64,000 nucleotides of DNA from Vulcanimicrobiota bacterium (GCA_963714015.1 OY970223.1:1152001-1216000); one strand, 5' to 3'; positions 41,708 through 55,190 are shown, counted from the first letter of the stretch. Notes: generated by a model not told the origin, from the sequence alone. A program made the numbers and translations.

Positions 41708-42889
41708 TCATTCATCGTCTTCATCACTCCACGGTGCCCCGGATGGATCTGCCAGATTTGTCAGATGGTGCATACCGTTGCCGGATGGCACCAGCGCAAA
41801 TTGCCGTGCGTCTATCATAGCGAGGGTATCCGGTGCTAGCGGTGTGCGCGCAAACGGGTTAAAGAAGATGTCGAAGTGAGGATACCGCTCGCTGTGTGAG
41901 AAGCGGCGGTTGTAGTAGGCCACAGCGCTGATTCGCCGGCGATGGCGAGGTGAGAAGACGCCATCGGGATTGCGCACCGGCACTGCCATGCCATCGACTA
42001 TTACAAATTGGTTACTTGTTCCGAAGCACGCCTCACGTAAGTCATCGACATCGAGCCACTCGGACTCTGACGCGTCAATAACGATAACTCCGGCTCCATC
42101 GGGTGGTAGTTGCGGCACGGCGGAGCAAATCTTTTCGTAGACGCGTTCCGCGCCTTCGTTCTCGAATACGAAACCGTGTTCCATCGTCCCGATGTAGCCT
42201 TTACCTGGCGAGTTGCGACTTTTTACGGATATCTGTATGCCGGCGACTTCGAACCTGTACGGTACGCGCATTCCCTTGCGGTGCAACGTGATGATCCGCT
42301 GGCGGATTTCTTTGATCGTAAGGTCAATATTGATGTCATCATCAACAGCGACGTCTTCAACGTTAATCATGAACGGGTGCTTAAGGCCATCTAGGCGATC
42401 CTGAAACTTGTGGAGCACCTGGCTACTGAGACGCACGCGTTCAATGTCCAGCACCGTCTTGACTTCCCAGAACGTACGCGGCGCCGTGTCGGCGGAAAAC
42501 TCGCAGTGTCTTAGCCCATCGTCGGGTGGGAAATCGATGCGGACGCCTGCCCTTACGAATCGGGCCATCATATCTAGCTCTACTCGTGCCGTCTCAATCT
42601 CGGTGCTAGTCCTGCAGCGCAGGCGGCCTTCGAACCGCTGCCACGCGCGCTCACCGAGAACGTCTAGATTCGATATGATCTCGTTCCAGAAGTTTGCCGT
42701 GTACTCGTCAGCCGGCTCTTGGACGAGGGGCCATAGTAGAGTGTTTACGCTCGTCGCTTTGGAGGTTAGGTCGTCTATAAAATCATCGCTGTAAATCCGC
42801 CCTAGCGAAGGAAACCGTGCGAGGGTCGCTTGCGCCTTTTCATAAAGCTCTGCTTTTGGAGTCTGACGGAGTTTGAAAATACTTGGCAT
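41708..42889 (-). CDS. Hypothetical protein, possible restriction-endonuclease-like fold
   Basis: 393 aa ORF; E..F....CEF...FWEVK and QLP..G.GVIVID pattern. Confidence 0.55.
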   Translation of the reverse strand: MPSIFKLRQTPKAELYEKAQATLARFPSLGRIYSDDFIDDLTSKATSVNTLLWPLVQEPADEYTANFWNEIISNLDVLGERAWQRFEGRLRCRTSTEIETARVELDMMARFVRAGVRIDFPPDDGLRHCEFSADTAPRTFWEVKTVLDIERVRLSSQVLHKFQDRLDGLKHPFMINVEDVAVDDDINIDLTIKEIRQRIITLHRKGMRVPYRFEVAGIQISVKSRNSPGKGYIGTMEHGFVFENEGAERVYEKICSAVPQLPPDGAGVIVIDASESEWLDVDDLREACFGTSNQFVIVDGMAVPVRNPDGVFSPRHRRRISAVAYYNRRFSHSERYPHFDIFFNPFARTPLAPDTLAMIDARQFALVPSGNGMHHLTNLADPSGAPWSDEDDE

Positions 42890-42963
42890 GTCACGATCCT
42901 TAAGAACCTTTGTGGACTGTATTGGATGTCCTCAAATTCGTCTGTGCAGGCGGCGACTCGCAC

Positions 42964-43560
42964 TTACGGTTCAACGTCTGGTGCGACAGCAACCGCGAAA
43001 ACCCGCAAGTTGTGATGCGCTGGCAAGCGCGCGGCATGCACAATCGTGACGCAAAGGCCTTGCGTGAGAGCGGCACGGTTGCGCAACGTGGCTGATTGTT
43101 CGGAAAGCAGTGCCGCGTCAACGATGCACTGAGTTCCAGATACGGCGCCGTAGAAGCCCATTTTCGTCCGAAGCGCCGAGCGTTCAAAGTATCCATGCAT
43201 TTCGTCGTCAGTGACGTAGACGACGTACCGCAGGCGGTACTGCTCCGGAAGCGCCGCCATCCGAACAAAGTCATGGATGAGTGCGCCCGCTTTCATGGGC
43301 ATCGGCGCGTTCATCTTCGCGCGTCGATCGTACTTGAATTCAATCGCCAGCAGCGCACCGTCGGAGCCGATCGGCGCAACGAGATCTACACGCTTGCCGC
43401 TAATCGTGGGATGGGGCGCCTCCACGACGATTTGTGCTGGCGATATGGTTTCGCTGAGTGCATGGAAGAGGGTGTAGCGGACGCTGTCCTCCGTAGTAAA
43501 GGTCCCACGTTCAAAGCGGTCGTGTAAGTATGACGCAAATCGCTCGAAGACCTCGTTCAT
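42964..43560 (-). CDS. PD-(D/E)xK nuclease-like protein
   Basis: TEDSVRY, E.PHP...RVDL...AIEFKYDR. Confidence 0.65.
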   Translation of the reverse strand: MNEVFERFASYLHDRFERGTFTTEDSVRYTLFHALSETISPAQIVVEAPHPTISGKRVDLVAPIGSDGALLAIEFKYDRRAKMNAPMPMKAGALIHDFVRMAALPEQYRLRYVVYVTDDEMHGYFERSALRTKMGFYGAVSGTQCIVDAALLSEQSATLRNRAALTQGLCVTIVHAARLPAHHNLRVFAVAVAPDVEP

Positions 43561-43735
43561 GCCTTATTTTTACCGCTACGCGTCGATTCCGAACCATTAG
43601 CGCGTCTTCGAGTCGGCGGCTTGCTCCGTTTTGCGACATGAGATTCACACACACAACTTGGCGGCAGCGCAGACTCGCGGAGCGCCTTGGCACGCCTTAA
43701 GGTGTTTCGGTAAACCGATGGTGGCGGTGGACTTC

Positions 43736-44218
43736 ATGACACGTATGAAGTCCACCACCACCAAGAGCGATCTCCCGAAGGAATCACAATTCCGTGCGCT
43801 TTTCAACTTGGCCCACTTAGCCGGACTCGAAGCTGCGCGCCGTGCGCGGCCGCGGCTTACGCAGGTCGTGAAGATTGAGGCGAAAGGCGCGATGATTAGG
43901 TATGCCCCTGACTGGGCCAGCGATGACGCAGCGATCGGGCACTGTGGTTACGCTTGGGTCCGAATTCGACCAGCAACCGCTCCTTTTGCGAAGTGGTGCA
44001 AAACGCAAACCATGGCGCAGTTCGGCTTTAAAGATCGTCCGTGCGCTGAATACGACAACCATCTGGGTGGCGTCGTGATCGATGTGAATGTGCAAATTCC
44101 GACGTCGATAGATCGCAGTCGACAATCATATGAAATAAAATTCGCGTATGCGGAGGCGTTTGCAGCGGTTTTACGATCCGCAGGCTGCAATGCTTTGGCA
44201 GATGGGAGACTGGATTAA
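43736..44218 (+). CDS. Phage-type hypothetical protein
   Basis: CGYAWV.I.PA..PFAKW, QS.E.K.AYA.AFA.VL..G....GRLD, recalled from phage hypothetical proteins. Confidence 0.6.
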   Translation: MTRMKSTTTKSDLPKESQFRALFNLAHLAGLEAARRARPRLTQVVKIEAKGAMIRYAPDWASDDAAIGHCGYAWVRIRPATAPFAKWCKTQTMAQFGFKDRPCAEYDNHLGGVVIDVNVQIPTSIDRSRQSYEIKFAYAEAFAAVLRSAGCNALADGRLD

Positions 44219-44303
44219 CGACCGTACAATCCACCGAGGCCGAGCTGGAGCGTGATCACGAACCCGTTATGATGAGAGGCCGCCGGCGAGTAGGCGGCCC
44301 CGC

Positions 44304-45012
44304 TTATTCGCCGGGCCAGTTTTCCCAGTAGCGCTCGATCGACGGGAGTGCACGAAGTACGATTAGCAATTCCCTCTTAGTGAGCGTGAAAGAATTTATG
44401 AGAATGCCGGCAACGTAGATCGTCGCATGCGCGACCTCGCGCAGCGGAGCCTTAGGGTGCACTGAGACACCGAGCTCTGTATTGTGCTTGGCACACTGCG
44501 GCGCAAGATTACTGGGGTGACAGCTCGCCTCCGAGGGCCACGGGCACCAAGTGTCCGATTTCGACCGCCGACGTGGTCGACCCGGGCGGGCAATCGACGC
44601 AGCGCGTTGCGGACTGGAACGCCTTGCGATCGCGTCGCCCAACATTACCGCCGCAAGCCCGCAATCTAGCTTTGCGGCGCAACTGACTTTCGCGCGCGTA
44701 TTCGGGATGCGCCTTCTCATACTCGCGCCGGACGCTCCGTCGTCGCTCACGATTCTTGGCGACCCATTGCCGATTCGCCGCATCGCGTTCCGCTTTATGT
44801 TTCTCGTAGTTACGTTTATTGCGCTCTTTAAAGAGTTTCGGATTCAACCGATACTGTTCGCGCTTTTTAGCAAGCAGTTGAGCCTTATTTTTTTCACGGT
44901 ACGCCTTCGCCCTAAGATTGCGGCAAACGCGGCATCCGGGCTGGCGGCCGCCCAGCGCGGAGCAAGCCCGGCAAATATCTTGCGGCTCGTCTGATGACCC
45001 AGACGCAATCAT
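44304..45012 (-). CDS. HNH endonuclease (frameshift near 44525)
   Basis: CxxC..CxxC, basic coiled region, CVDC..EIGHLVPVALGG / SNLAPQCAKHN. Confidence 0.7.
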
Positions 45013-45574
45013 GGACGTGCCTCAGACTCCAGAGCGCCATTACGGCTAATCTGAAAGATTGCGTTCAAGCATTCCGTTGCGAGCCACAACGACCAATTGT
45101 TCTGACGCGTGGTGACTCTCGCGATGTTACACGGCATCGCCGAGCGGCACTGCTGTAAAAACTCCATCGTTCAAAACGTCTCCTTTCGCGGCTTTTCGTT
45201 GCGCCAAAATGCGCGCGTTGCGAAGAGCCTACGAATCTATCGGACGTTTCCAGCGAGCACCGTACTCCTTTACGACATGGTGTCATGGCCAAGACGCCTA
45301 CGCCTAAGGGGAAGCGATTTTGTTCTATCTACCACGGTGTTATTTCGACCATCAAAAGAACTCGGGTTGCTCACGCTGATGAGATGGTTCAGCGTGATCC
45401 AGGCGAAGCCTGAGGCCCTCAACTGAAGACACACGCTTCGCCGAAAGAGCCCATAAGGTCGGACGATCGCGATGCGGCTAGCATAAACGCCGAAGCCTAG
45501 CGAGCGCAGATCACGGTAGAAGGCACGCCGATACGCCTTTTCACTATCGCTAACGGATAGAGAAAGGCGTATTC

Positions 45575-46285
45575 CTATTGAGCGGCCATCCAGCGCTTGA
45601 TCCATGCTTGCGTGGCTGCGGACATATGCGGATACATCGCGCGATACTGCTCACCCGCTTCGATGTTCTTTTGGACGCTCGGCGGGTACGCGAGATGGCT
45701 CTGCGCCCACCCGTATCCTCCGAACGCTCCGGCTGAGCTGAGGCCGAGCGCGAATAGTAATGTTGTGAACCGCGTTGTCAGTGTTAGTCGCGTTTTATCA
45801 ATGCGTACTTTCTCAGCAGTGTTTTGAGAAACGCTCCGCATTACAGTGAGTGCGACGGTGCGTAGTTGCCCTTCGAATTCATTGAGTGTGCTGCGGCGCG
45901 CTTCAGCCAAATCGTCGAGCTGGTTTGCAGCGCTTGCTAACGCCATTGCTTTTGCCTTGTCGTTAATCTCCGGAATGATCGTCAGGAGCGCACCGCGGAA
46001 CGTCGCGAGCATCTCGGGCGGCAATCCGCGCCATTGTGTGACGTAAAATCCGAAGCGCTTGTCGATCTCAGACAGAACGTCATTAAGTCGAAGCGGGATT
46101 TGGTCGCCGACCTTTATGGTTTGGTCGCTTACGTCTAACGCGAGTTTGAGAACGCGCAGAAGTTTGAACAACGGATCGCTTGCATCATAATGCCCGCGCA
46201 GCAGCTCGCCCAGAATGGACGCGCGCGCCTCAGGCGTTTGCGCCGCCAATAGCGCGTCGAGGTCGTTCGATTCGGGTTTACGCAC
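45575..46285 (-). CDS. Mobilisation accessory protein (TraM/MobE-like position)
   Basis: D.SDPLF motif, helical, C-terminal TM; overlaps upstream ATPase gene. Confidence 0.5.
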   Translation of the reverse strand: MRKPESNDLDALLAAQTPEARASILGELLRGHYDASDPLFKLLRVLKLALDVSDQTIKVGDQIPLRLNDVLSEIDKRFGFYVTQWRGLPPEMLATFRGALLTIIPEINDKAKAMALASAANQLDDLAEARRSTLNEFEGQLRTVALTVMRSVSQNTAEKVRIDKTRLTLTTRFTTLLFALGLSSAGAFGGYGWAQSHLAYPPSVQKNIEAGEQYRAMYPHMSAATQAWIKRWMAAQ

Positions 46286-47084
46286 GTGGCTGCTCCGCGA
46301 ACCGCAATAGCGTTGATCTGTTTAACTGTGCAAGCAAATGATCCAACCACACGCGGATGCGATAGTGGTGGCCCGGCGAGAGATTAGCCATGCCCTCTTC
46401 GAACGTGAAGTTCTTGTTGTCGAGCGTTTTACGCGTCTCGGCCTGCAGCGCCGGCATCGTAATAACCTCGCCGCCGTGCTGTTCCAGCAGTTTACGCGCG
46501 GTGCCGTCGTAATGGACGTTGTCTTCGTCGCCACCATCGAACGGCTTGAAATCTTCGTCCGGGTCGACCGGCACGCCGATGCCGAGATTCTTCACCGCGA
46601 TATACTTCGCGGTGTCGCCGAACGTGTTGATGACCTGGCCGATCGTACGGGTCGCGACCTTCGCATCTTTCGAGAGCAAGAATACGACGATGACCTCGTA
46701 GCCGTTCTCTGCATACGCCTTGAACAGCGCCTGGCCGTCGCCGAGGACTTCCTCGAGCTCGCCCACGGCGCCACCCGGCAGGTCCATCAGTACGATGTCA
46801 CCGCCAGTGACGAACGCGTCGATCAGACCGTCGCGCTCGGCCGACGTACGAAGGTCGAAATAGCCAACACCCGTGAACGGGTCTTGGTCGGCCACGAGTT
46901 GACCGTTTTCATCGCGCGTTCCGTAGTACTGCATCAGCGAGCCGACACGGCTGTCCGTGTCGTACGCCGCGGTCCGCAGACCGGCCGTGCGATAAAGATG
47001 CAGCAGGCCGCGCGAGAAGGTGGTCTTCCCGACGCCGCCCTTTTCCGCGCAGACGAAGATCGCGCGTTTCTGAACGTCAGACAT
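46278..47084 (-). CDS. ParA-like P-loop NTPase (TraL/MobD-like)
   Basis: EKGGVGKT deviant Walker A, YDTD, LMDLPGG. Confidence 0.75.
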   Translation of the reverse strand: MSDVQKRAIFVCAEKGGVGKTTFSRGLLHLYRTAGLRTAAYDTDSRVGSLMQYYGTRDENGQLVADQDPFTGVGYFDLRTSAERDGLIDAFVTGGDIVLMDLPGGAVGELEEVLGDGQALFKAYAENGYEVIVVFLLSKDAKVATRTIGQVINTFGDTAKYIAVKNLGIGVPVDPDEDFKPFDGGDEDNVHYDGTARKLLEQHGGEVITMPALQAETRKTLDNKNFTFEEGMANLSPGHHYRIRVWLDHLLAQLNRSTLLRFAEQPRA

Positions 47085-47575
47085 TAGTAGTTATCTCCTA
47101 GCGACGCGTTGCTGCGCCGTTTTGTGGAAGAGAGCACCGGGGACGGACGCTGACCAGACGTCGTACCGACAAGCGGTCCACCTTGCGGCGGTGTCGACGG
47201 TTCAACGGTGGGTTTCGCGTGCGGCGGTGCGGGTGGTTCGGGAGTCGGATTCTTCGCTGCCGGCGATCCCGGCGTCGGCTTGACCGCGGCTCGTGGCCGC
47301 GCTGTTGCGCGGCGAGTGCGAGAGCGTTTGCGCTTTTTGGGTGCTAGGCTCCGGACAAACTTGGTGACGCGCCGTTGCCCGAGCGGAATGCCCTCAGTCC
47401 GGAACGACTCAATTATTTGTTTCGGCGAGCAGCCTTGACCGAGTTTTACCTCCACGATCTGCCGAGTCGCCTCAAAGACGCGATCCGCATCGCCGCCAGC
47501 GCGTGTGGGTTCCAGCGCTTGCAGGGCTGCGAGCAAAGACGCGATGTGCGAGTCAGTTATGTTATGTGGCACCAT
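47084..47575 (-). CDS. Basic DNA-binding mobilisation protein (TraK-like position)
   Basis: GCSPKQI.E.F...GI HTH-like segment, basic/Pro-rich tail; first gene divergent from the relaxase operon. Confidence 0.5.
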   Translation of the reverse strand: MVPHNITDSHIASLLAALQALEPTRAGGDADRVFEATRQIVEVKLGQGCSPKQIIESFRTEGIPLGQRRVTKFVRSLAPKKRKRSRTRRATARPRAAVKPTPGSPAAKNPTPEPPAPPHAKPTVEPSTPPQGGPLVGTTSGQRPSPVLSSTKRRSNASLGDNY

Positions 47576-47871
47576 GAGCTCCTAACTGCCCGCCCGGAAA
47601 TCGCGTCGAATTAGCATCGATGGGCATGCACTTCCGCGGCGGGTATCTGCCTATCGGCACAAATGGCTCACCCTTACACCCCTAGCCGTAAAAGTTGCTC
47701 TGGTGTAAACGCTAAGTAATTCGTCCGCTGAACGGGGGCGCCGACGAACGGCGAACGCATCGCCGTCTAAATCGGCTGCCATCTAGCTGACGCCACTGCG
47801 CGCATCAGTAGGAATCACGGTAGACAAACCGTGGCCATACAGATGCCGTGGTCTACTGCCGATAGGGCAAT
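47576..47871. promoter_or_regulatory. Probable oriT / divergent promoter region
   Basis: Lies between divergent mob operons; inverted repeats CCTATCGGCA/TGCCGATAGG and CACGGT..ACCGTG; nic-like CATCTAGC at 47780. Confidence 0.55.
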
Positions 47872-48123
47872 ATGAAGAGCGAAATATTCAAGTTGCCCCT
47901 CACACCGGAGCAGCGTCGCCGCCTCCACGCCGAGGCGAAACAACATGGCGAATCGGCAGCGGCGTTCGTACGCAGGCGCCTGTTTTACGAGACCAACCTC
48001 GGTGCATACCATCTCATTTATGAGAGCTTGATGGAGGCGCGTCAACGGGAAGGCGCGTTATCGGCTGTGTTGCTCGAGGCCTATAAGAAGATTATCGAGG
48101 CGCTGGCTCCGCCGCCATGCTAG
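47872..48123 (+). CDS. Ribbon-helix-helix relaxosome accessory protein (TraJ/MobC-like)
   Basis: FKLPLTPEQRRRL..EA...G.S.AAFVR; overlaps relaxase start. Confidence 0.7.
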   Translation: MKSEIFKLPLTPEQRRRLHAEAKQHGESAAAFVRRRLFYETNLGAYHLIYESLMEARQREGALSAVLLEAYKKIIEALAPPPC

Positions 48124-49998
48124 CCATTGTCATGACGCGGAAACCAAAAGCCGCGCGCGTCGTGCGTTTTGGCGATATTGCCGCCTACATTGGCCACAAT
48201 AGCAAAGCCATCGCCGTTTGGACCTCGCCAAGTATCGTGTCGGCTTCGACAGCCGCCTCTGACATGAATATGGTGGCCGACGTCGCCGCCATTCGTGGCA
48301 AAGAGGTACGCAACCCGGTCTATCACTACGTGCTTACATGGCCAGCCGATGATCGCGTTTCAGAGCAACACGCCTTGGAAGCAGTTCAAGGGTCGCTCAA
48401 GGCGCTCGGCGTCGCGGAAGATCACCAATGGGTCGCGGCACTTCACGGGGACAGCAATTACCGGCATGTGCACGTCGTGGTAAACCGCATCCACCCGAAG
48501 ACGTTGACGGCGTTCACCCCATACCGCGATTACTTGAAGCTTTCGCGCTACTGCCGGGAATCGGAAATTCGCCAAGGTTGGAAGCGTGACCACGGGCTGT
48601 ACACGACGCACGCCGACGGGGCGATCGTACCCGCTAGCCGATCTTCGACGGACGCCTCGATCAAAGCGCGAGCTGCGGATAGCGAGGCGTGGACGGGAAT
48701 CATGTCTTTCCAGCAATGGCTGGGCGGGCACCCTTCTGCTGCGATACGCGCGGCGCTCGCCTCGCAGCCAAAGACGTGGGAGACCGTCCACGTGGTTCTT
48801 GCGAGTTTTGATCTTGCGTACGTACCTTGGAAGGGCGGCGCAGCGATCATCGATCGTTCGCACGCGAACTATCGAGCGAAGGCGAGCCATCTCGGCAGCC
48901 GTCTCTCGCACGTTACGCTGGAAGCGGAGTTAGGCCCCTACGAGCCGCCTAAGGCCAGCCATTCAGTCTTGCAGTGAAATCACGTATCCGCACTTGCGTC
49001 GAAGCAGTCAACTCGCAACAGGAATCGTGCTGGACCCGCGCATCGCGCCTCTGCACGCCAAATACAAAACATTGATGCATGAATGGCGCACGTCGGGAAA
49101 ACGGCGCCGCGCCGCTGTGTTTCTGCGCATTCGCAATGAAGCCCGAAACCGCATTGCTTCTCATCGGCTTCTGGCTAGGAACTTTATCGCAGCCCTCAAA
49201 GGCGGTGGTTTTTGGGATGCAACTACAGGCGACACTATCGCAGCACGCGACGTCCAAAGGGCGATTCTTCGCGTCTTAGGCGAACGGCTCGCGGGCGTCC
49301 GACGCAAGAACAAAGAGGAACGTGCGGTCGCGCAGAGCCGTCACCGCGCGCCTCCAGCGCTCTTTCGCACCTGGCTGAAACAACAAGCGGCGTCAGACGA
49401 TCCCGCGGCGATACAAGCTTTGCGGATCGCTCGCGCCGGCAAGGCCCGGTCAGGCGTTCACTCTGGTGAGCGCGTTCGAGTAATCGAAAATAGGACACCG
49501 GCAGCGCAGGCGCAGGCACTGGAACAGCTTGCCGCTCCAAACAATGCTTCCGGCCGGTTGCAGACAGGTAAAAACCAGGAGTTTCTTGGCGAAAGCGACG
49601 TCGCAGAACAAGTCCGTGCCGGAGGACTGCAAGCTCGTCGTCGCGCCATTGAACGCCCAGGCGAAACCAACCGCGCCAGCGGCGCGGATGGCGCGAACAG
49701 AGTAGCGCAGGATAAGACGGCAATCACGATCGCGCGTGGCTGTGGCTATAACGTCAATGAGGTCGTACACCACGGGCACGGGCTTGAGGGCACCATACGG
49801 CGAGCATGGTTGGCGACCGACACAATAGGCTACGTCATCATGGAGACGCGTGTGCTTGGCTTCCGTTTGCTCGAAGTTCCCTCGTCGGAGGCGTTACGCG
49901 CGCAACGCCGCAACGGCGAACCTCTTGAAGTACTGTCGCGCAACGGTACGACGACACTCATTTTGAGCCCGCAACGTACGAAGCAACGCGAGCGCTAG
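48117..49998 (+). CDS. MOBP (TraI-like) relaxase, broken near 48970
   Basis: IAAYI, PVYHYVLTW, HQWVAALH.D...HVHVVVNRIHP (3H motif), KAS.LG; continues in 48994..49998. Confidence 0.88.
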
Positions 49999-50141
49999 GG
50001 ACAGCAAGGGCGGCAAATCGCTAAAACGACCGCGCCGGTAAACAGCAGCATTAGCCCACGCACTGGTTCACGCGAGCCTGAATCCTGTGGCAGGCTCGCG
50101 TGAACAGAAACGTGAGCCGTACAAGGAAGGCGGTTGTTGCT

Positions 50142-50748
50142 GTGCTCTTAGATCATATTAACTGGATCGCGCTCGACTGTGAAACTACCGGGTTGGATCC
50201 GGAATGGGATCGCGTAGTCAAGGTAGTCTGCGATCCTGTTTCGAGGACGGCGGGAGCGGAAGCGTTTTGTTTCATTGGTAAAGGCCGATATCCCGATCCC
50301 TATCGAGGCCTCGCGCATTCACGGAATAACGCGCGACGATATCGCGAGTGCTCCCTCGTGGGCAGAAGTCCTGGCGCAACTCCGGCAATTTATATCGCAT
50401 GACGCCCTCGTTGTTGCTCATCACGCGGCCTTCGACCGCGCCTTCTTGCGCGGTATACCTGATGCCGCATTCGTAGATACCGGCGCGCCAATACCATACC
50501 GTTGGGTGTGTACTCGCACGCTCGCCAAACGACTACGGCCTGAGGCCGCCGAGCGAAGTTTGTCGGCTCTTCGAGATTATTGTCGCATCGAAATACCGGA
50601 GTATACGCGACCGCATCGAGCGTTGGATGACGCCATGGTCGTCGGTGCGCTATTCCAGCACCTAGCCGATGTCTATGAAAATCGGCAACCGATACACCTT
50701 CAAAGCGTCCGGCAATTCATTGCGACTGGCCAAGAGCCACTGCCATAG
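50142..50748 (+). CDS. DEDDh 3'-5' exonuclease (DnaQ-like), frameshifted
   Basis: ALDCETTGL, IHGIT, AHHAAFD..FL, HRALDDA. Confidence 0.85.
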
Positions 50749-51010
50749 GGCTCCCCGACGCGCTGAACGTCCAGCAACAGCTGAATGCCGGAAACTATGA
50801 GCGGCACTCTAAGCGCGCGTGAGGTTCGTCGCTCCAGAGTGTCTGACTTATACCACGCGCCTTGGTGTCATAGCCTAGACTACTAGTCGCAGATTGATTC
50901 AAAAAAAGCGTTTCTAATAGGTGTGGTTTTCCGTCGCACGCGCCGATAGGAACCTGTCAGCCACCTCGCCGGCTGCCGAAAAAACAAACTAAACCAAGGA
51001 GTTAAGGAAC

Positions 51011-51304
51011 ATGGATGCTCAGCCGGTGATGACAAGGTCGCCAAAACGAAGGGCGACTACAGGCGTGCGGGGAGACGAAAGTGCGTCATCACGCTATGAG
51101 GGCGCTGAAGGGCGCCTCTGGACCGTCGACGAGGTGTGCCAGATCCTGCACGTCGGGCGCTCCACGTTGTATGAACTGATGGCCAACGGCCGGCTTCTGT
51201 ACAAGCCAATCACTACGCGAATTCGGCTTATTTCAGACCGCAATCTGCAGCAGTACTTGGATGGATGTCAGTCACCTTACGGGCAACGCTGGGGTAGATG
51301 TTAG
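51011..51304 (+). CDS. Excisionase-like HTH DNA-binding protein (3' end formed by the IS)
   Basis: LWTVDEVCQILHVGRSTLYELM..G.L; RBS upstream. Confidence 0.85.
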   Translation: MDAQPVMTRSPKRRATTGVRGDESASSRYEGAEGRLWTVDEVCQILHVGRSTLYELMANGRLLYKPITTRIRLISDRNLQQYLDGCQSPYGQRWGRC

Positions 51305-51377
51305 CGCCGGAGTAAAATTGACCCACCCCGCCGGATGAAAATTGACCCACCTGACTCTGCGCGAACACTAGTTCGCG

Positions 51378-53190
<1,813 letters not shown>

Positions 53191-53464
53191 ACCGGCGATC
53201 CGCTAGGAAAGTGGGTCAATTTTCGCCCGGCGTCAACATCCGCCGCCGCATTGGGGGCAGGTGATGGTCTCCGTCTATTCGGCAGTTGGTGCAAAAACAC
53301 CGCAGGAATATTCGGCCGTCCGCGTTCTAATGAAATCTCCCGCCGCTGCCACGTTCTTGAATAATGCCCTATCAGGCGATTCAAGACGTGTGCAAAAAGC
53401 GAAACTGATCATCTCGGCGACGGCCGCCAGGCAAGCCGTAAAGCAACCGTAGTCGCCTAGCGAA

Positions 53465-54674
53465 ATGCCTAACCTCTTAAAACACTTCCTACCCAGCCCA
53501 CGAGCCCAGATTGGCCTCTACGGCTTCATCTTGTTGGGTATTGGCATTTACTTAACTGTTCAAATATTTAGCCGGTACGACCGCCCGTGGGCAACTACGT
53601 TGCCTCGCATCGGATCTCTGACAGAAGAATCAGCGATTTGGCAGACTCTGGGAAAAGTAACTCAAAACGGCAACCTTATTCCCGGCGCTGTTCGACCCAT
53701 TGTCCGATTACGACAACCCAATGCTGCGGATGTTACTGTGACCCTTGTAGAAGGAACCTTGCATGCTCGCGAGATTCTGCCGTCGACGCGTTGGTCGCAC
53801 TGCGCAAAAACCTTTGGATCCTGAGTTCGGTCAACGAACGTGAAGCGCCATATAGTCCAAGTATCAGCGCTGTGATACACGAGGGTTGCGGATCGGAGCC
53901 TGACATTGAAACGCTAGGACTCGGCGACATACATCCTCACGCCTGTACCGGCCCCTATGCAAGGTATGGAATTTCACATGTTGTAAACATGGCACTTATT
54001 GTCATTCGGAACTATCGTTCGAAGGAGCCCTGCCGATTTGGCACGCCAAACTTCGCGGAGTGCATGAACCGCGTATTAACAACGACTTTCTCAAATGATT
54101 TTTCCTTAATTGAGCAACAGCCCTCCGACGGGTTGATCGTGCCTGCAGTGACGACTGTCAGGGACGGTCTGCCAAAGGACGTTTTTTATGACACATTTAC
54201 AGACAGTCTTCTTCAATCGCTGCAAGAAACGCTCTCGGATAGCGAGACTTCGTTTGCCCGAACATATCCATTTACATGTATGGTCCCAAGACACTGTGAG
54301 ATGGCCAACGACACGCCTTGCAATACGGGATTCAATGGGGAGCCTGGTTCGACGATGGAATCGAACGCACCACGAAAACGACGTCGATAAATGGGCTCCT
54401 CTGGCTGGGACGTGCCTCGGATTCGGAGTTTTCCTGCTACTCTTGGCGCTGTTCTTTCCGGGATCGCTACCCTCTCATCCGCGGCCATTGGGCTTGGTTA
54501 CCCAATGGCTCTTATCGTTGTGGCGTGGTCACTTCTTTGTGGGTCCTTGTTCCAGCACTTTCCAACACTGGTAGTGCCGGTGTACCGATAGTGGGTAGTC
54601 TGTTACTGGCTCTCGTAGGTGGGCTCGTGCTGCTCACATCTGAGGGCAGTTTCCAAAGACGATCCGCCGGTTAA
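53465..54674 (+). CDS. Hypothetical membrane-anchored protein, frameshifted
   Basis: Overlapping ORFs in three frames; N-terminal TM and C-terminal hydrophobic segments. Confidence 0.4.
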
Positions 54675-55161
54675 GGGCAATAGACCTCGCGATTGCGATA
54701 GCCAGGATGGAACGCCGGCAGGGCTCACGCCTCGCGCAACGTTTCTACGCGAGTGTCCTCCTGTGAACATACGCTCCTACATTTGGCCTCTCGTCGAAGC
54801 CGCTGGTTGGAGAGAGAGGGTCTTCAGCAACGTTTGCGCCCTCCCGGCGAATGAGAGCGCATTGAAGACGCGTCATCGAGGCAGCGCGAGACACAGCCCC
54901 AGCGGACCTCGTAATGCCCTGCGAGTATGGAAGAAGTGCAGCGCCGATGGTCGCCAGCCTAGAATGTGACTCGCCACTGAGCGATCGGTCCCTACTCGGA
55001 GCGCGCTGTTGCACGGCCGCTGCACGAACATTCCGGCCCATACCTTTGAGGCCGGGGTCCGCCATCAGCTTTGAACGGATCGCAAATAAGGGAAGACACC
55101 AGCAAGGTCGTAACGCCCCCCGCTCCACCACGGCGGTTTTCATGATGGTTTTTAACTGGTA

Positions 55162-55190
55162 TTGACATGGTCTAAGGGTTGTGATAGAGT
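55162..55190 (+). promoter_or_regulatory. Sigma70 promoter
   Basis: TTGACA-17 nt-TAGAGT with extended TG. Confidence 0.7.

Noticed and set aside
43736..45012. Prophage
   Set aside because: No terminase, portal, capsid or tail genes; the relaxase indicates a mobilisable element
45065..45605. Short ORFs between the HNH and mob genes
   Set aside because: No RBS or recognisable motif; could not support a call
54700..54810. DGTP...IRSYIWPLVEAAG as a further integrase fragment
   Set aside because: Resemblance to the segment before the HxLRH motif is too short to support without a BLASTX/HMM search
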